Shown here: positions 12,901 to 29,500 of the stretch, one piece after another
How the letters are laid out: every line of letters starts with the position of its first letter
Numbering within the stretch: the first letter of the stretch is position 1
Translations under genes and position numbers: made by a program
Assembly (NCBI RefSeq): GCF_046119375.1
Contig: NW_027362767.1
Span: forward strand, 137,702,001-137,766,000
Reading direction: 5' to 3'
DNA: 64,000 bases
Origin: Phyllobates terribilis
Lineage: Eukaryota
The notes under the pieces: generated by a model
Told to the model about the DNA's origin: nothing
Seen by the model: the letters and a program-made list of their open reading frames with translations, nothing else
Databases searched by the model: none

Positions 12901-15439
12901 CCGGGTGTAGGGAAGTCTCTCTCCATTTGTCATCAGGTGGTATCCCGGAGGATTCAGGAGGCAACAGGGGGTCCTCCGCCAGGTAGCAGAGATGCACAGA
13001 CTCGGAGGTAATCACTGCTTCAGAGTACCCTTGGACAGGCTCACCGGTTAAAGTGGGTGAAGCATCAGATACCGGATGCAGGAAGTCCTCCTGTGTTGAT
13101 TCTGGGTAGGCAGTAGTCTCTTCAGGCAGGAGAACAGGTGCGCTACCCACGCACATTACCCGTCGGGGCTGCTCCGGGATACCGGGAAATGAAGCTTCAG
13201 CAAGAACCTCAAGGTTGGAATCAGGAGGTCTTTGGGAGAACAGACCCTGGCGTGACGGCTTGCCTCTACGCCTAACACGTCTGGACTGCCTCTTGAGATC
13301 GTGAGAAGTATTCCGGAGAGCGTAGTCATCCTGTCTGGATTCTGGGTGGGCAGTAGTCTCTTCGGGCAGGAGGACTAGTGCGCTACCCACACACATTACC
13401 CGTCGGGGCTGCTCCGGGATATTGGGAAGTGAAGCTTCAGCAGGGGCTTCAGGGTTAGGGTCCTCGAAGACCATACGAAAGGCCACCAGGAAGGCCTGCA
13501 GGTCAAGGACGACAGGATCCCATGCTTCCCATAGGAGGGTGACCCATTTCAAGGCATCACCCGCTAGGTAGTCAATCATAAAGGCCACTTTAGCCCAATC
13601 GGAAGGAAAATAGAGAGGGTAAGCCTTGAAGTGTAGCATGCATTGCTCCACAAAAGCACGACTCTGTCTTGGATCCCCATAGTAACGTGGCGGATCCGCA
13701 GGAACGAGAGCTGATAGATCCATCTGGACGGGTGCGGAATTCGCCTGGAACTCAGCTAGAGAAAAAAAAAATTTTTTATTTTTAATGCACGTATTCGCTG
13801 GAAAAAAGTCTCAGAGAGCGAAGGCCGTGGGGCTCAACGGGAACCATGGCCTGAGCATGCTGTAATGCACACGCCCGGACTGACTGGCGTGTGCGTGTTT
13901 ATGTAGTGATTCCACTGTGCCATGAACCGGAGAGTGCCTGGAGGGGCGTAACTAAGTATCTGCCCGATCCGACCAAGGTCGCACGACGGCATACGACGCT
14001 AGTGCACCAGGGAGGAACCGAGCAGACGAACCAGGGTCTACTCCAGGTCAGACTCCGGACACGGCTGTTGACCCACACCGGGGAATACAGAGACAGGCAG
14101 ACTAGAGCGCAGGCTGGGTAGGGTCCAGTACAGACTGGGAGACAAATTCGAAACCGCAGACGCGGTGGACAGGGCCGAGCAAAGCGAAACCGCAGACGCG
14201 GTGGACAGGGCCGAGCAAAGCGAAACCGCAGACGCGGTGGACAGAGCTAAGCAAAGCGAAAACCGCAGACGTGGCGGACAGAGCTGAGCAAAGCGAAAAC
14301 CGCAGACGCGGTGGACAGAGCTGAGCAAAGCGAAAACCGCAGACGCGGCGGACAGAGCTGAGCAAAGCGAAAACCGCAGACGCGGTGGACAGAGTTGAGC
14401 AAAGCGAAAACCGCAGACGCGGTGGACAGAGCTGAGCAAAGCGAAAACCGCAGACGCGGTGGACAGAGCTGAGCAAAGCGAAAACCGCAGACGCAGTGGA
14501 CAGAGCTGAGCAAAGCGAAAACCGCAGACGCAGTGGACAGAGCTGAGCAAAGCGAAAACCGCAGACGCGGTGGACAGAGCTGAGCAAAGCGAAAACCGCA
14601 GACGCGGTGGACAGAGCTGAGCAAAGCGAAAACCGCAGATGCGGTGGACAGAGCTGAGCAAAGCGAAAACCGCAGACGCGGTGGACAAGGCTCTGTTCAC
14701 ACAGAACAGACTAGAAGAGAAAGGCAGAACCAGATACCCACAGGGTACTTGCAGAGAAGTAGCGAGTGGACCACAAACTCACAAACGGAAGTACAGTGAC
14801 AATGAGCAGGAGTTAGGTACGAGTACAGACTCTGCAGAAAAAGGAAAGGAACGGACATAGAGAAAAAACAGGTAAAAGATAGGAGAGAGTTCAGACTGGA
14901 ACTGAGTGTACGGAGGAGACCGACACTGCAGCGGGATACAGGAGCGGGTCTGGGAATACGGCCCCCAGAGAGGCGGGACGAACAGGCAAGGAGCGTGTTC
15001 AGACTGGCCTGGAAATACAGCCTCCAGGAAGGCGGAACGAACAGGCAAGGAACGAGTACAGACTGCAGGTTAAGGTACACAGATAGGACACAGTACAGAC
15101 ATGGAAACAGATACTGCAAGACTGGTAACATAGACAGGACCTGGCATGTCAGAGACAAAAGCCAACTGACAGGGCAAGATGCTCAGGCATCAGTTAATTG
15201 GGGCAGCTGGTTTAAATACCAGGTGATAGACAGCAATAGGCTGAGGACGCACAAGGGGTGTGCCTGCAGCAGGTACAAAAAGCAGGAAGTGATCGGGCGC
15301 CGCCCTTAAGCAGCAGACACAGAAGCAAACAGACAGCATGGAGGGAAGCCAGAAAGACACCCTGGACTGGAGATCAAGTGCGCGCTCTTGCACAGTGGGA
15401 GATGGACCACTATGCAAGGACGCCGCCAGGTATGTTACA
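9926..15439 (-). mobile_element. Non-autonomous Ty3/Gypsy (Tf1/sushi-like) LTR retroelement, full length
   Basis: LTRs 9926-11342 (1417 bp) and 13861-15439 (1579 bp) with TGTAA...TTACA ends. TSD AAAAC (9921-9925 and 15440-15444). PPT at ~11343-11370. Removing the element restores the host Tc1 codons KWKAKPERRG. Confidence 0.95.
11093..13723 (-). CDS. Gag capsid-N-terminal-domain protein with nine ~57-aa acidic repeats, 876 aa
   Basis: N-terminus PPRYYGDPRQSRAFVEQC...KVAFMIDYLAGDALKWVTLLWE...FRMVFEDP matches the PEG10/LDOC1/RTL-type (DUF4939-like) capsid N-domain. 171-bp repeat period. No zinc knuckle, protease, RT or integrase motif is visible. Confidence 0.82.
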   Translation of the reverse strand: MDLSALVPADPPRYYGDPRQSRAFVEQCMLHFKAYPLYFPSDWAKVAFMIDYLAGDALKWVTLLWEAWDPVVLDLQAFLVAFRMVFEDPNPEAPAEASLPNIPEQPRRVMCVGSALVLLPEETTAHPESRQDDYALRNTSHDLKRQSRRVRRRGKPSRQGLFSQRPPDSNLEVLAEASFPGIPEQPRRVMCVGSAPVLLPEETTAYPESTQEDFLHPVSDASPTLTGEPVQGYSEAVITSESVHLCYLAEDPLLPPESSGIPPDDKWRETSLHPVPDTSSAPSCEPDNGYLKAVVNPESLYPSDQAEDLQLSPEPYGLLPGSEWTEPSLYSVPDTSYSESDLVYSEAEVIPESLHPSDQAEDLQLSPEPFGVLPNSEWTETLLYSVPDTSFASSSESNLVYSEAEVTPESLHLSDWAEDLQLSPEPFGVLLGSEWTEPSLYSVPDTSPTSSSESDLVYSEAEVIPESLHPSDQAEDLQESPEPFGVLPDSEWTETLLYSVLDTSAASSSESDLVYSEAEVIPESLYPSDQAEELQLSPEPFGVLPDNEWTGTLLYSVPDTSPASSSKSDQVYSEAEVTTESLHPSDQAEDLQLSLEPFGVLPDNEWTGTLLYSVPDTSPASSSESDLVYSEAEVTPESLHYSDPAEDPQLFSESSWVPPDNKVTGTFLHLVPDTSPISSCEFDKMYPEAEVTPESLHSSNPAEDFQLSPEPSDDQVLPDNKWRETSLCAVPGTPPVSSVAEDGWIGGSILATQMRPVSPVDSGSDLLEVKDWPSNSLRNILAGLKKRGRKGGGTVTYLAASLHSGPSPTVQERALDLQSRVSLWLPSMLSVCFCVCCLRAAPDHFLLFVPAAGTPLVRPQPIAVYHLVFKPAAPIN

Positions 15440-16699
15440 AAAACCAGAGAGACGTGGAAGAAAACGGAAGACAACGGAAGACTACACTTCGAATGGATGG
15501 AAGAATAACCAGAAAGTCAAAGGCTCAGCCAATGATCAGCTCCAGGATGATCACAGACAGTCTCGCGTTACCTGTGAGTACTGTGACAGTTAGAAGACGC
15601 CTGTCTGAAGCTAATCTCTTAGCAAGAAGTCCCTGCAAAGTCCCACTGTTAAACAAAAGACAAGTACTGAAGCGGATGCAATTTGCAAAAGAACACATCA
15701 ACTGGCCTAAAGAGAAATGGAGAAACATTTTGTGTACTGATGAAAGCAAAATTGTTTTTTTTGGTTCCAAGGGCGGCAGACAGTTCATCAGATGACCCCC
15801 AAACTCTGCATTCAAGCCACAGTACTCTCTGAAGACAGTGAAGCATGGTGGTGCAAGCATCATGATATGGGCATGTTTCTCTTACTATGGTGACAGACCT
15901 ATTTACCGCATACCAGGGATCATGGACCAGTTTGCATATATTAAAATACTTGAAGAGGTCATGTTGCCTTACGCTGAAGAGGATATGCCCTTGAAATGGG
16001 TGCTTCAACAAGACAAAGACCCTAAAAACATCCGAAATGAGCAAAATCTTGGTTCCAGTCCAACAAAATTGAGGTTATGGAGTGGCCAGCCCAAGCCCCG
16101 GACCTTAATCCGATAGAACACTTGTGGGGTGACATCAAAAATGCCATTTCTGAGGCAAAGCCAACAAATACCAAAAAATTGTGGAATGTAGTTATTGCAT
16201 CCTGGGCTGAAATAACAGCTGACAGGTGGTAGAAGTTGGTTGACTCTATGCAACATAGGTGTGAAGCAGTTCTAAAAAACTGTGGGTATACAGCTAAATA
16301 TTAGGTTAGTGATTCACAGGAATGTAAAATCCTGAAAAAAAAAGAAGAGAGTACATATTGTGAGTTTCTAAAGACAAATGCAGACACTAATTTTTAGAAC
16401 AGAACAATGTTAATTTTTTGTTATTTTCTGTAAAGTAGTTAAAAATTATATCATGTCTCCTCATGTTTTGAATTACAAAACAGTGTGCAATGTTCCCAAT
16501 AGATAGAAATAAAAACTAATATACAGATTTTGTGCTTAAGGCTGCGTGCCCACAATGCATTTTTCAAGTGTTTTCGCCGCGGAATTTCCGCAGCGAAAAC
16601 GCTTAAAAAATGCTTGGTAATACGTCTCCCATGGTCCCCAATGATAATCCGCATGTGCTATGCCCATGCTGTGGAAATTTCCGCTGCCGATTACAAGAT

Positions 16700-17547
16700 G
16701 TTCCCACCTCCAAACTTCACTGTTGGTATGGTGATTTTGGGGTGATATGCAGTGCCTTTCGGCCTCCAAGCATCAAAGTAGTTCAATTTGGGTCTCATCT
16801 GACCAGACTATATTCTCCCAGTATTTCACAGGCTTGTCTAAATGTTGAGCAAACTTTAAACGTGCTTGAACATGCCTTTTTTCAGCAATGGAGTCTTGCG
16901 TGGTGAGCGTGCATACAGGCCATGGAGGTTGAGTGCATTACTTATAGTTTACCTGCTGATTCCAGGTCTTTCTGTAGCTCTCCACAGGTGGTCCTTGGCT
17001 CTTGGACAACTCTTCTGATAAATCTTTTCACTCCTCTGTCTGCAATTTTGCGGGGAGCACCTGGTCGTGGCTGGCTTATGGTTTAATAGTGTTCTTTCCA
17101 CTTTCAGATTATGACCCCAACAGAGCTCACTGGAGCCTTCAGTAGTTTAGAAATCCTTCTGTAACCAATGCCATCATTATATTTTCCAACAATAAGGTTG
17201 CAAAGGTCTTGAGACAGTTCACTGGTTTTGCTTATTATGAGATGTTTCATGAGACACCTTTTTATAGGCCATCAGTTGATATTTCTCACCAGGAGGAAGG
17301 ACTGCTTTCTAATTACTGATAGATTTCAGCTGGTGTCATGACTTTCCAGGGCTATTTGCACCTCTCTTTCTTCATGTGTTCAATACTTTTCCCCTGTGTC
17401 ATTTCTCATTACACACAACTTAATTTATGGACAGCAATGGTTTGATTTCTTTGACTGCATGGATTGGATGGGTTCTTACCGACATCTGGCAATAGCACTT
17501 TTAGAAATATATTTACTTAGAAAATTGGTGACTTATTTCACCCGCTG
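16700..17547 (-). mobile_element. Decayed Tc1 remnant
   Basis: Fragments encoding ENIVWSDETQIELL and HHTNSEVWRW; TIR-like end CAGCGGGTGAAATAAGT at 17547. Confidence 0.7.
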
Positions 17548-18234
17548 CATATATATGTATACTCACACACATTTCTCAATGTCTACTCCTCGGGGTGGAT
17601 TGCTCATGTGACCAGTGATCGTGCTGTGACCCGGATCGTGCGCTAATCTTTTCCATTTTAAGTAACTGTGCACAAGGGCCTGGGAGATTTCTGCGGTGAA
17701 TGCGGAGGATCCGGTTTTCTGGTATTCACTACGAGTCTGTAAACACGCAGGTGACAGACAATATGGAGGGCGTGGTGTGTGGTCAGCAGACCGTGACCGA
17801 CAACTGTGCTAGACCCCACAGGCCTCCTAAATCAATAATATCTATTTAATAGTAAGGACGGGTTTGTCTAAGCGTTCGGGACGATCTCCTTACACTCACA
17901 GATCTGCTATTCCTCGCCACTTTCACACCACAGTTCTCAGTCTGTGATTTCACCCCGTATAATAAGCGGCACATAATTGGCGCCGGGTACAAGTACATGG
18001 TTGCTGCTTGCGGTGGCTGCCTCCAGACGTGACGGGGCAGCATTACACACCCAGCCGTCTACCTACGTCAATATATATCCTATGTGCTATGTCTATAAGG
18101 GGCTATCTGATAAGGTACAGGCACACAGAGGCCTCTGCTACTCGCTGGGCCACAAATATCTATGGTCTATGTTGTCCAAAGCAACCAATCAGATCTCAGC
18201 TTTCATTTTACTATAAGGCCTGCGATATCATATA

Positions 18235-22980
<4,746 letters not shown>

Positions 22981-23597
22981 GGGGTCTACACTACCCTTAG
23001 CAGTAGAGTCCCACTGATGACATTAGGGTCCGTCACTCCACTGAGAGTGAATAGGGGTTTCTAACATCGGAGACCCTCTTTAAGATCTTATAAGAAGTCT
23101 ATTGACTTAGTGTATCCGTCCAGGAGCTACAGAGTTAAATACACAATGACCCAGAAATGGTGGAGAACTTTCCTGTCCCTCCAGGTGGAGATCGGGGTGT
23201 AAATATTACATGAGCTTTGGAAGTAATGTTCTGGACGGCCGCCCCGTGCACCGTCATCACCCGCTGCCAGACTCCGCATTCATCATTCATGATTTACACA
23301 TCACCGGAAAAATCCAATAATCCAGACACAGCGCAACCAGCAGTGTCCAGATTATTACATACAGGTCCCTATAAGTGTCTGATAATCCGGCAGATCACGT
23401 GTATATGGAGTATAGGCCTTTTCCTGTCTCTTTATCACCATTTGTGGCTCGTGATAATCTCAAGGCTGACAACCTCTCACACATGGTGCACAGGCGGTTG
23501 TCAGCAGTGGAGATGAGGATCTGGTGCTGCAGTATAAGGAGGGGATTGTGGGATTCGGCTGCCATTATATACTAATATTTGGGTCGGATTCTTGTAG

Positions 23598-26500
23598 ATG
23601 AATTCCCAGGAGCAGACGGCCTCCGTTATCCGGGCAGAGTGGAGCCCGGCCATGTTCCCGGTGTATGAAGAGGACAGTAACAGCAGCTGTGGGTCCATGG
23701 GGGCGTCTGCTCTGAGCCTGAAGACCCCCGAGTGTGAGGACAATGACCCCGACGCTGAGGAGAAGCTGTGCTCCGTGTGCGGGGATAAGGCCAATGGCTA
23801 CCACTTCCACGTCCTGACCTGCGAGGGCTGTAAGGGATTCTTCAGGTAAACGCTCCGGCCACATCTCAGGTCTATCCCCTCCCGGAGAGGAGCGCCGCCA
23901 TCTTCCTAGGAGTCCGCTCTGGCTCCTCTATGACTACGGAGCTGACAACAGTCCTGACTTTACCAGGATAATTCTGTGAACTGAACCAAAAAGAGGCGAG
24001 GTTTAGACTACCTTGACTAAAGGTGGAGTCATGAGGGAGGGGCTTAAATGCTTGATTTGGGGCATAGAAATTTCAGTGAATCGCCATTAAGGACCCTGAT
24101 GAAGCTGAGGAACATTGCTCATTGGGGGCTGTAGTGCTGGGCGGATTTTATGTGATGATAGATTACGGTATATTATAGTATAGTACGATACAGAATATTA
24201 CATTGTGGCAGATTACGGTATATTATAGTATATTAAGGTACAGTATATTACATTGTGGCAGATTACAGTATAATATAGTATATTAAGGTACAGTATATTA
24301 CATTGTGGTACATCATAGTATATTACGGTATGGTGTATTACAGTGTATTATAGTATATTACGGTACAGTATATTGCATTTTGGTAAATTATGGTATAATA
24401 TAGTATGTTACATTACAGTATATTACATTGTGGTAGATTACTGTACATCACGGTGTCGGGATGGTATATTATAGTATATTAAGGTATAGTATATGACATT
24501 ATGACAGATTACAAAATAATATAGTATATTATGGTGCAGTATATTACAGTGTGGTATATTGCGGTGCAGTATATTAGTGTGGTAGGTTACGGTATATAAC
24601 GGTACAGTATATTACAGTGTGATATATTGCGGTGCAGTATATTAGTGTGGTAGATTACGGTATATTATGGTACAGTATATTAGTGTGGTAGATTACGGTA
24701 TTTTATGGTACATTACATTACAGTGTGGTAGATTATGGTATAATAGTATACTAGAGTACAGTATATTACAGTGTGGTAGATTACAGTACAGTATATTACA
24801 ATGTGGTCGATTACAGTATAATAGTATATTACCGTACAGTATATTAGTGTTGTAGATTACGGTATATTAAGGAACAGTATATTATTGTGTGGTAGATTAT
24901 GGTATATTACAGTACAGTATATTACAGTGGCAGATTACGGTATATTACAGTACATTATATTACGGTACAGTATACTACAGTGTGGTAGATTATAATATAT
25001 TATGGTACAGTATATTAGTGTGGTAGATTATGGTACGGTATATTACAGTGTGGTAGGTTACGGTATATTATGGTACAGTATATTATAGTGTGGTAGATTA
25101 TGGCATATTACAGTACAGTATAATACAATGTGGTAGATTACGGTATATTACAGTATATTATGGTACAATATATTAATGTGGTAGATTATGGTACAGTATA
25201 TTAGTGTGGTAGAATATGGTATATTACAGTACAGTATATTACAGTGTGGTAGATTACAGTATAATAGTATATTATGGTACAGTATATTAGTTTGGTAGAT
25301 TACGGTATATTACAGTACATTACAGTGTGGTAGATTACGGTATATTACGGTATATTACGGTACAGTATATTAGTGTGGTAGATTATGGTACAGTATATTA
25401 CAGTGTGGTAGATTATGGTATAATAGTATATTACAGTATAGTATATTAGTGTGGTAGATTATGGTATATTACAGTATATTAAGGTACAGTATTAGTGTGG
25501 TAGATTATGGTACAGTATATTAGTGTAGTAGAATACAGTATATTCCATTACAGTATATTAAAGTGTGGTAGATTACAATGTTACGGTACAGTATATTAGT
25601 GTGGTAGATTACGGTATAATAGTATTATAGTACAATATATTACAGTGTGGTAGATTACGGTATATTACAGTATATTATGGTACAGTATATTGCAGTGTGA
25701 TAGAGCACAGTACATTACAGTATATTACAGTACAGTATTAGTGTGGTAGATTACGGTATATTACAGTATATTACGGTACAGTAGATTGCAGTGTGGTAGA
25801 TTACGGTATATAACAGTATATTACGGTACCGTATATTGCAGTGTGGTAGATAACGGTATATTACAGTATATTATGGCACAGTATATTGCAGTGTGGTAGA
25901 TTACGGTTTATTACGGTACATTAGATTGCAGTGTAGTAGATTACGGTATATAACAGTATATTACAGTACCGCATATTGCAGTGTGGTAGATAACGGTATA
26001 TTACAGTATATTATGGCACAGTATATTGCGGTGTGGTAGATTACGGTATATTACGGTACAGTATATTGCGGTGTGGTAGATTACGGTATATTACAGTATA
26101 TTGCGGTGTGGTAGATTACGGTACAGTATATTGCGGTGTGGTAGATTATGGTACATTACAGTATTACGGTACAGTATTAATGTGGTAGATTATGGTACAT
26201 TACAGTATATTTCAGTACAGTATATTGCAGTGTGGTAGATTACGGTATATTACAGTATATTACGGTGTGGTAGATTACGGTACAGTATATTGCGGTGTGG
26301 TAGATTACGGTATGTTACAGTACATTATGGTACAGTATATTGCGGTGTGGTAGATTACGGTACAGTATATGCCGGTGTGGTAGATTATGGTATGTTACAG
26401 TACATTATGGTACAGTATATTGCGGTGTGGTAGATTAAGGTACAGTATATTGCGGTGTGGTAGATTACGGTATGTTACAGTACATTATGGTACAGTATAT

Positions 26501-29500
26501 TGCGGTGTGGTAGATTACGGTACATTACAGTACATTATGATACAGTATATTGCAGTGTGGTAGATTACGGTACGATATGTTGCACTGTGGCAGATCACAG
26601 TATATCACTATATATTATATATGACGGTAGACTTGATTTCGCACGTTCTGCTTGTTTCCCCCATGATCCCCTCAGGCGCTCCATGACTAAAGGTTTGACC
26701 TTCACCTGCCCGTTTACCCGCTCCTGCCCGGTCACAAGAGCCAAGCGGAGACGGTGCCAAGCCTGCCGGCTGCAGAAATGCCTGGAGGTGGGCATGAGGA
26801 GAGACAGTAAGTTCACCGGCCCCATCTGCCTCTCCTACACTGACTTGTAGTCTAAGGAAGCTTCAGAAGCAATTACTAAATGTGGAGGGCAAAGGTCACC
26901 GACCCCACGACCCCCATCCTCACCTCCGCCAAGTCTCTACAAACATGGCTCCCTCCTAACTGCCAGAAGATAGTACAACTCTACTGGCCCTGGGTGAGGG
27001 GCCCCGAGCCAACACCTGTGCTACCGGGGAGGTAACAAGCACAAGCACCACAATCACTGGAGGGGGAGAAGCAATTTTGGATTTTTGCTGTATAGCTCTG
27101 TGTTTGCAGCCATTCCACTGCCCACACGGAGGGGGGAGCGATGCCATCTGAGCGGTGCCCCCCTGGCCCTGACAATGGGCGCGCTCTGCGGTATAATCCG
27201 CACTGGGGCGGAGGAGTCATGGCCACAGGGACAGATCTATAAATAGCCCCCTCCCCCGCCCGCCGCCATTTATTCCTTTCATCTTATTTCAATAAACATT
27301 ATCCAGAGCGCTGCGCCCCCCGGGGGAGACGAGGAGGCGGAGGGGACGGGGCCCCCAGCACCATTATAACAGTATTATGGGATTCTGCTCCTGGCGCGCA
27401 CACAAAATCCCGGCTCAGTGAGCAAATGTGTGAATTATTAAACGGAGGGTTTATCCCAGGACACGTCCCGGCCTGGAGCCGTTATATAACCATTACAGCA
27501 TTTATAGAGAGGGGTCAACGCGGCCTGAACGGTGTCACACACCACCAAGGGGGAGACGGGCGGTGGGGAGGAAAAGACAGGAACAGGGCAAAATCATCAG
27601 AAAAAGCTAAAATAATTATAGTAATAACAAATAAATAATGAGAATATAAAATAATAATAGAAAACATTATAAAGTATTAAACTATATTAATAAAATAATA
27701 TAAACTAAATATAAAAGAATGAATAATATAACACAATAACAAATAGAAAATTAATAATATAAAAATAAACAATAATCGTAAAATATATCATGATTAATAA
27801 ACATACCGTACAGACCAAAAGTTTGGACACACCTTCTCATTTAAAGATTTTTCTGTATTTTCATGACTATGAAAATTGTACATTCACACTGAAGGCATCA
27901 AAACTATGAATTACCACATGTGGAATTATATACTTAACAAAAAAGTGTGAAACAACTGAAAATATGTCTTATATTCTAGGTTCTTCAAAGTAGCCACCTT
28001 TTGCTTTGATGACTGCTTTGCACACTCTTGGCATTCTCTTGATGAGCTTCAAGAGGTAGTCACCGGAAATGGTTTTCACTTCACAGGTGTGCCCTGTCAG
28101 GTTTAATAAGGGGATTTCTTGCCTTATAAATGGGGTTGGGACCATCAGTTGTGTTGTGCAGAAGTCAGGTGGATACACAGCTGATAGTCCTACTGAATAG
28201 ACTGTTAGAATTTGTATTATGGCAAGAAAAAAGCAGCTAAGTAAAGAAAAACGAGTGGCCATCATTACTTTAAGAAATGAAGATCAGTCAGTCCGAAAAA
28301 TTGGGCAAACTTTGAAAGTGTCCCCAAGTGCAGTTGCAAAAACCATCAAGCGCTACAAAGAAACTGGCTCACCTGAGGACCGCCCCAGGAAAGGAAGACC
28401 AAGAGTCACCTCTGCTTCTGAGGATAAGTTTATCCGAGTCACCAGCCTCAGAAATCGCAGGTTAACAGCAGCTCAGATTAGAGACCAGGTCAGTGCCACA
28501 CAGAGTTCTAGCAGCAGACACATCTCTACAACAACTGTTAAGAGGAGACTTTGTGCAGCAGGCCTTCATGGTAAAATAGCTGCTAGGAAACCACTGCTAA
28601 GGACAGGCAACAAGCAGAAGAGACTTGTTTGGGCTAAAGAACACAAGGAATGGACATTAGACCAGTGGAAATCTGTGCTTTGGTCTGATGAGTCCAAATT
28701 TGAGAACTTTGGTTCCAACCACCGTGTCTTTGTGCGATGCAGAAAAGGTGAACGGATGGACTCTACATGCCTGGTTCCCACCGTGAAGCATGGAGGAGGA
28801 GGTGTGATGGTGTGGGGGTGCTTTGCTGGTGACACTGTTGGGGATTTATTCAAAATTGAAGGCATACTGAACCAGCATGGCTACCACAGCATCTTGCAGC
28901 GGCATACTATTCCATCCGGTTTGCGTTTAGTTGGACCATCATTTATTTTTCAACAGGACAATGACCCCAAACACACCTCCAGGCTGTGTAAGGGCTATTT
29001 GACCAAGAAGGAGAGTGATGGGGTGCTACGCCAGATGACCTGGCCTACACAGTCACCAGACCTGACCCCAATCGAGATGGTTTGGGGTGAGCTGGACCGC
29101 AGAGTGAAGGCAAAAGGGCCAACAAGTGCTAAGCATCTGTGGGAACTCCTTCAAGATTGTTGGAAGACCATTTCCGGTGACTACCTCTTGAAGCTCATCA
29201 AGAGAATGCCAAGAGTGTGCAAAGCAGTCATCAAAGCAAAAGGTGGCTACTTTGAAGAACCTAGAATATAAGACATATTTTCAGTTGTTTTACACTTTTT
29301 TGTTAAGTATATAATTCCACATGTGTTAATTCATAGTTTTGATGCCTTCAGTGTGAATGTACAATTTTCATAGTCATGAAAATACAGAAAAATCTTTAAA
29401 TGAGAAGGTGTATCCAAACTTTTGGTCTGTACTGTATATAATAAGTATAAAATAATATAAAAGATAAAAAATAAAAATAATGAAAATAGGAATATGATAG

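Larger units (their letters stand above)
9441..16535 (+). mobile_element. Degenerate Tc1 transposon split by the LTR element; right end truncated
   Basis: Left TIR TA|CAGTAGTGTTCAGAATAATAGCAGT. Transposase starts at 9782 (MGRWRHCSEEQ) and resumes at 15445, with stops and frameshifts (TDESK, QQDKDP). It is cut off near 16537 by a Harbinger-like end. Confidence 0.88.

Noticed and set aside
11343-13860. Autonomous retrotransposon or domesticated RTL gene
   Set aside because: No protease, RT or integrase motifs are present. Intact LTRs, a TSD and insertion into a Tc1 show a mobile copy, not a fixed host gene.
23005-23050. C/D box snoRNA (TGATGA...CTGA)
   Set aside because: The boxes are only ~20 nt apart, and the sequence looks like a MITE fragment.
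24090-24120. Hammerhead ribozyme core CTGATGA
   Set aside because: No GAAA partner or supporting stems were found.
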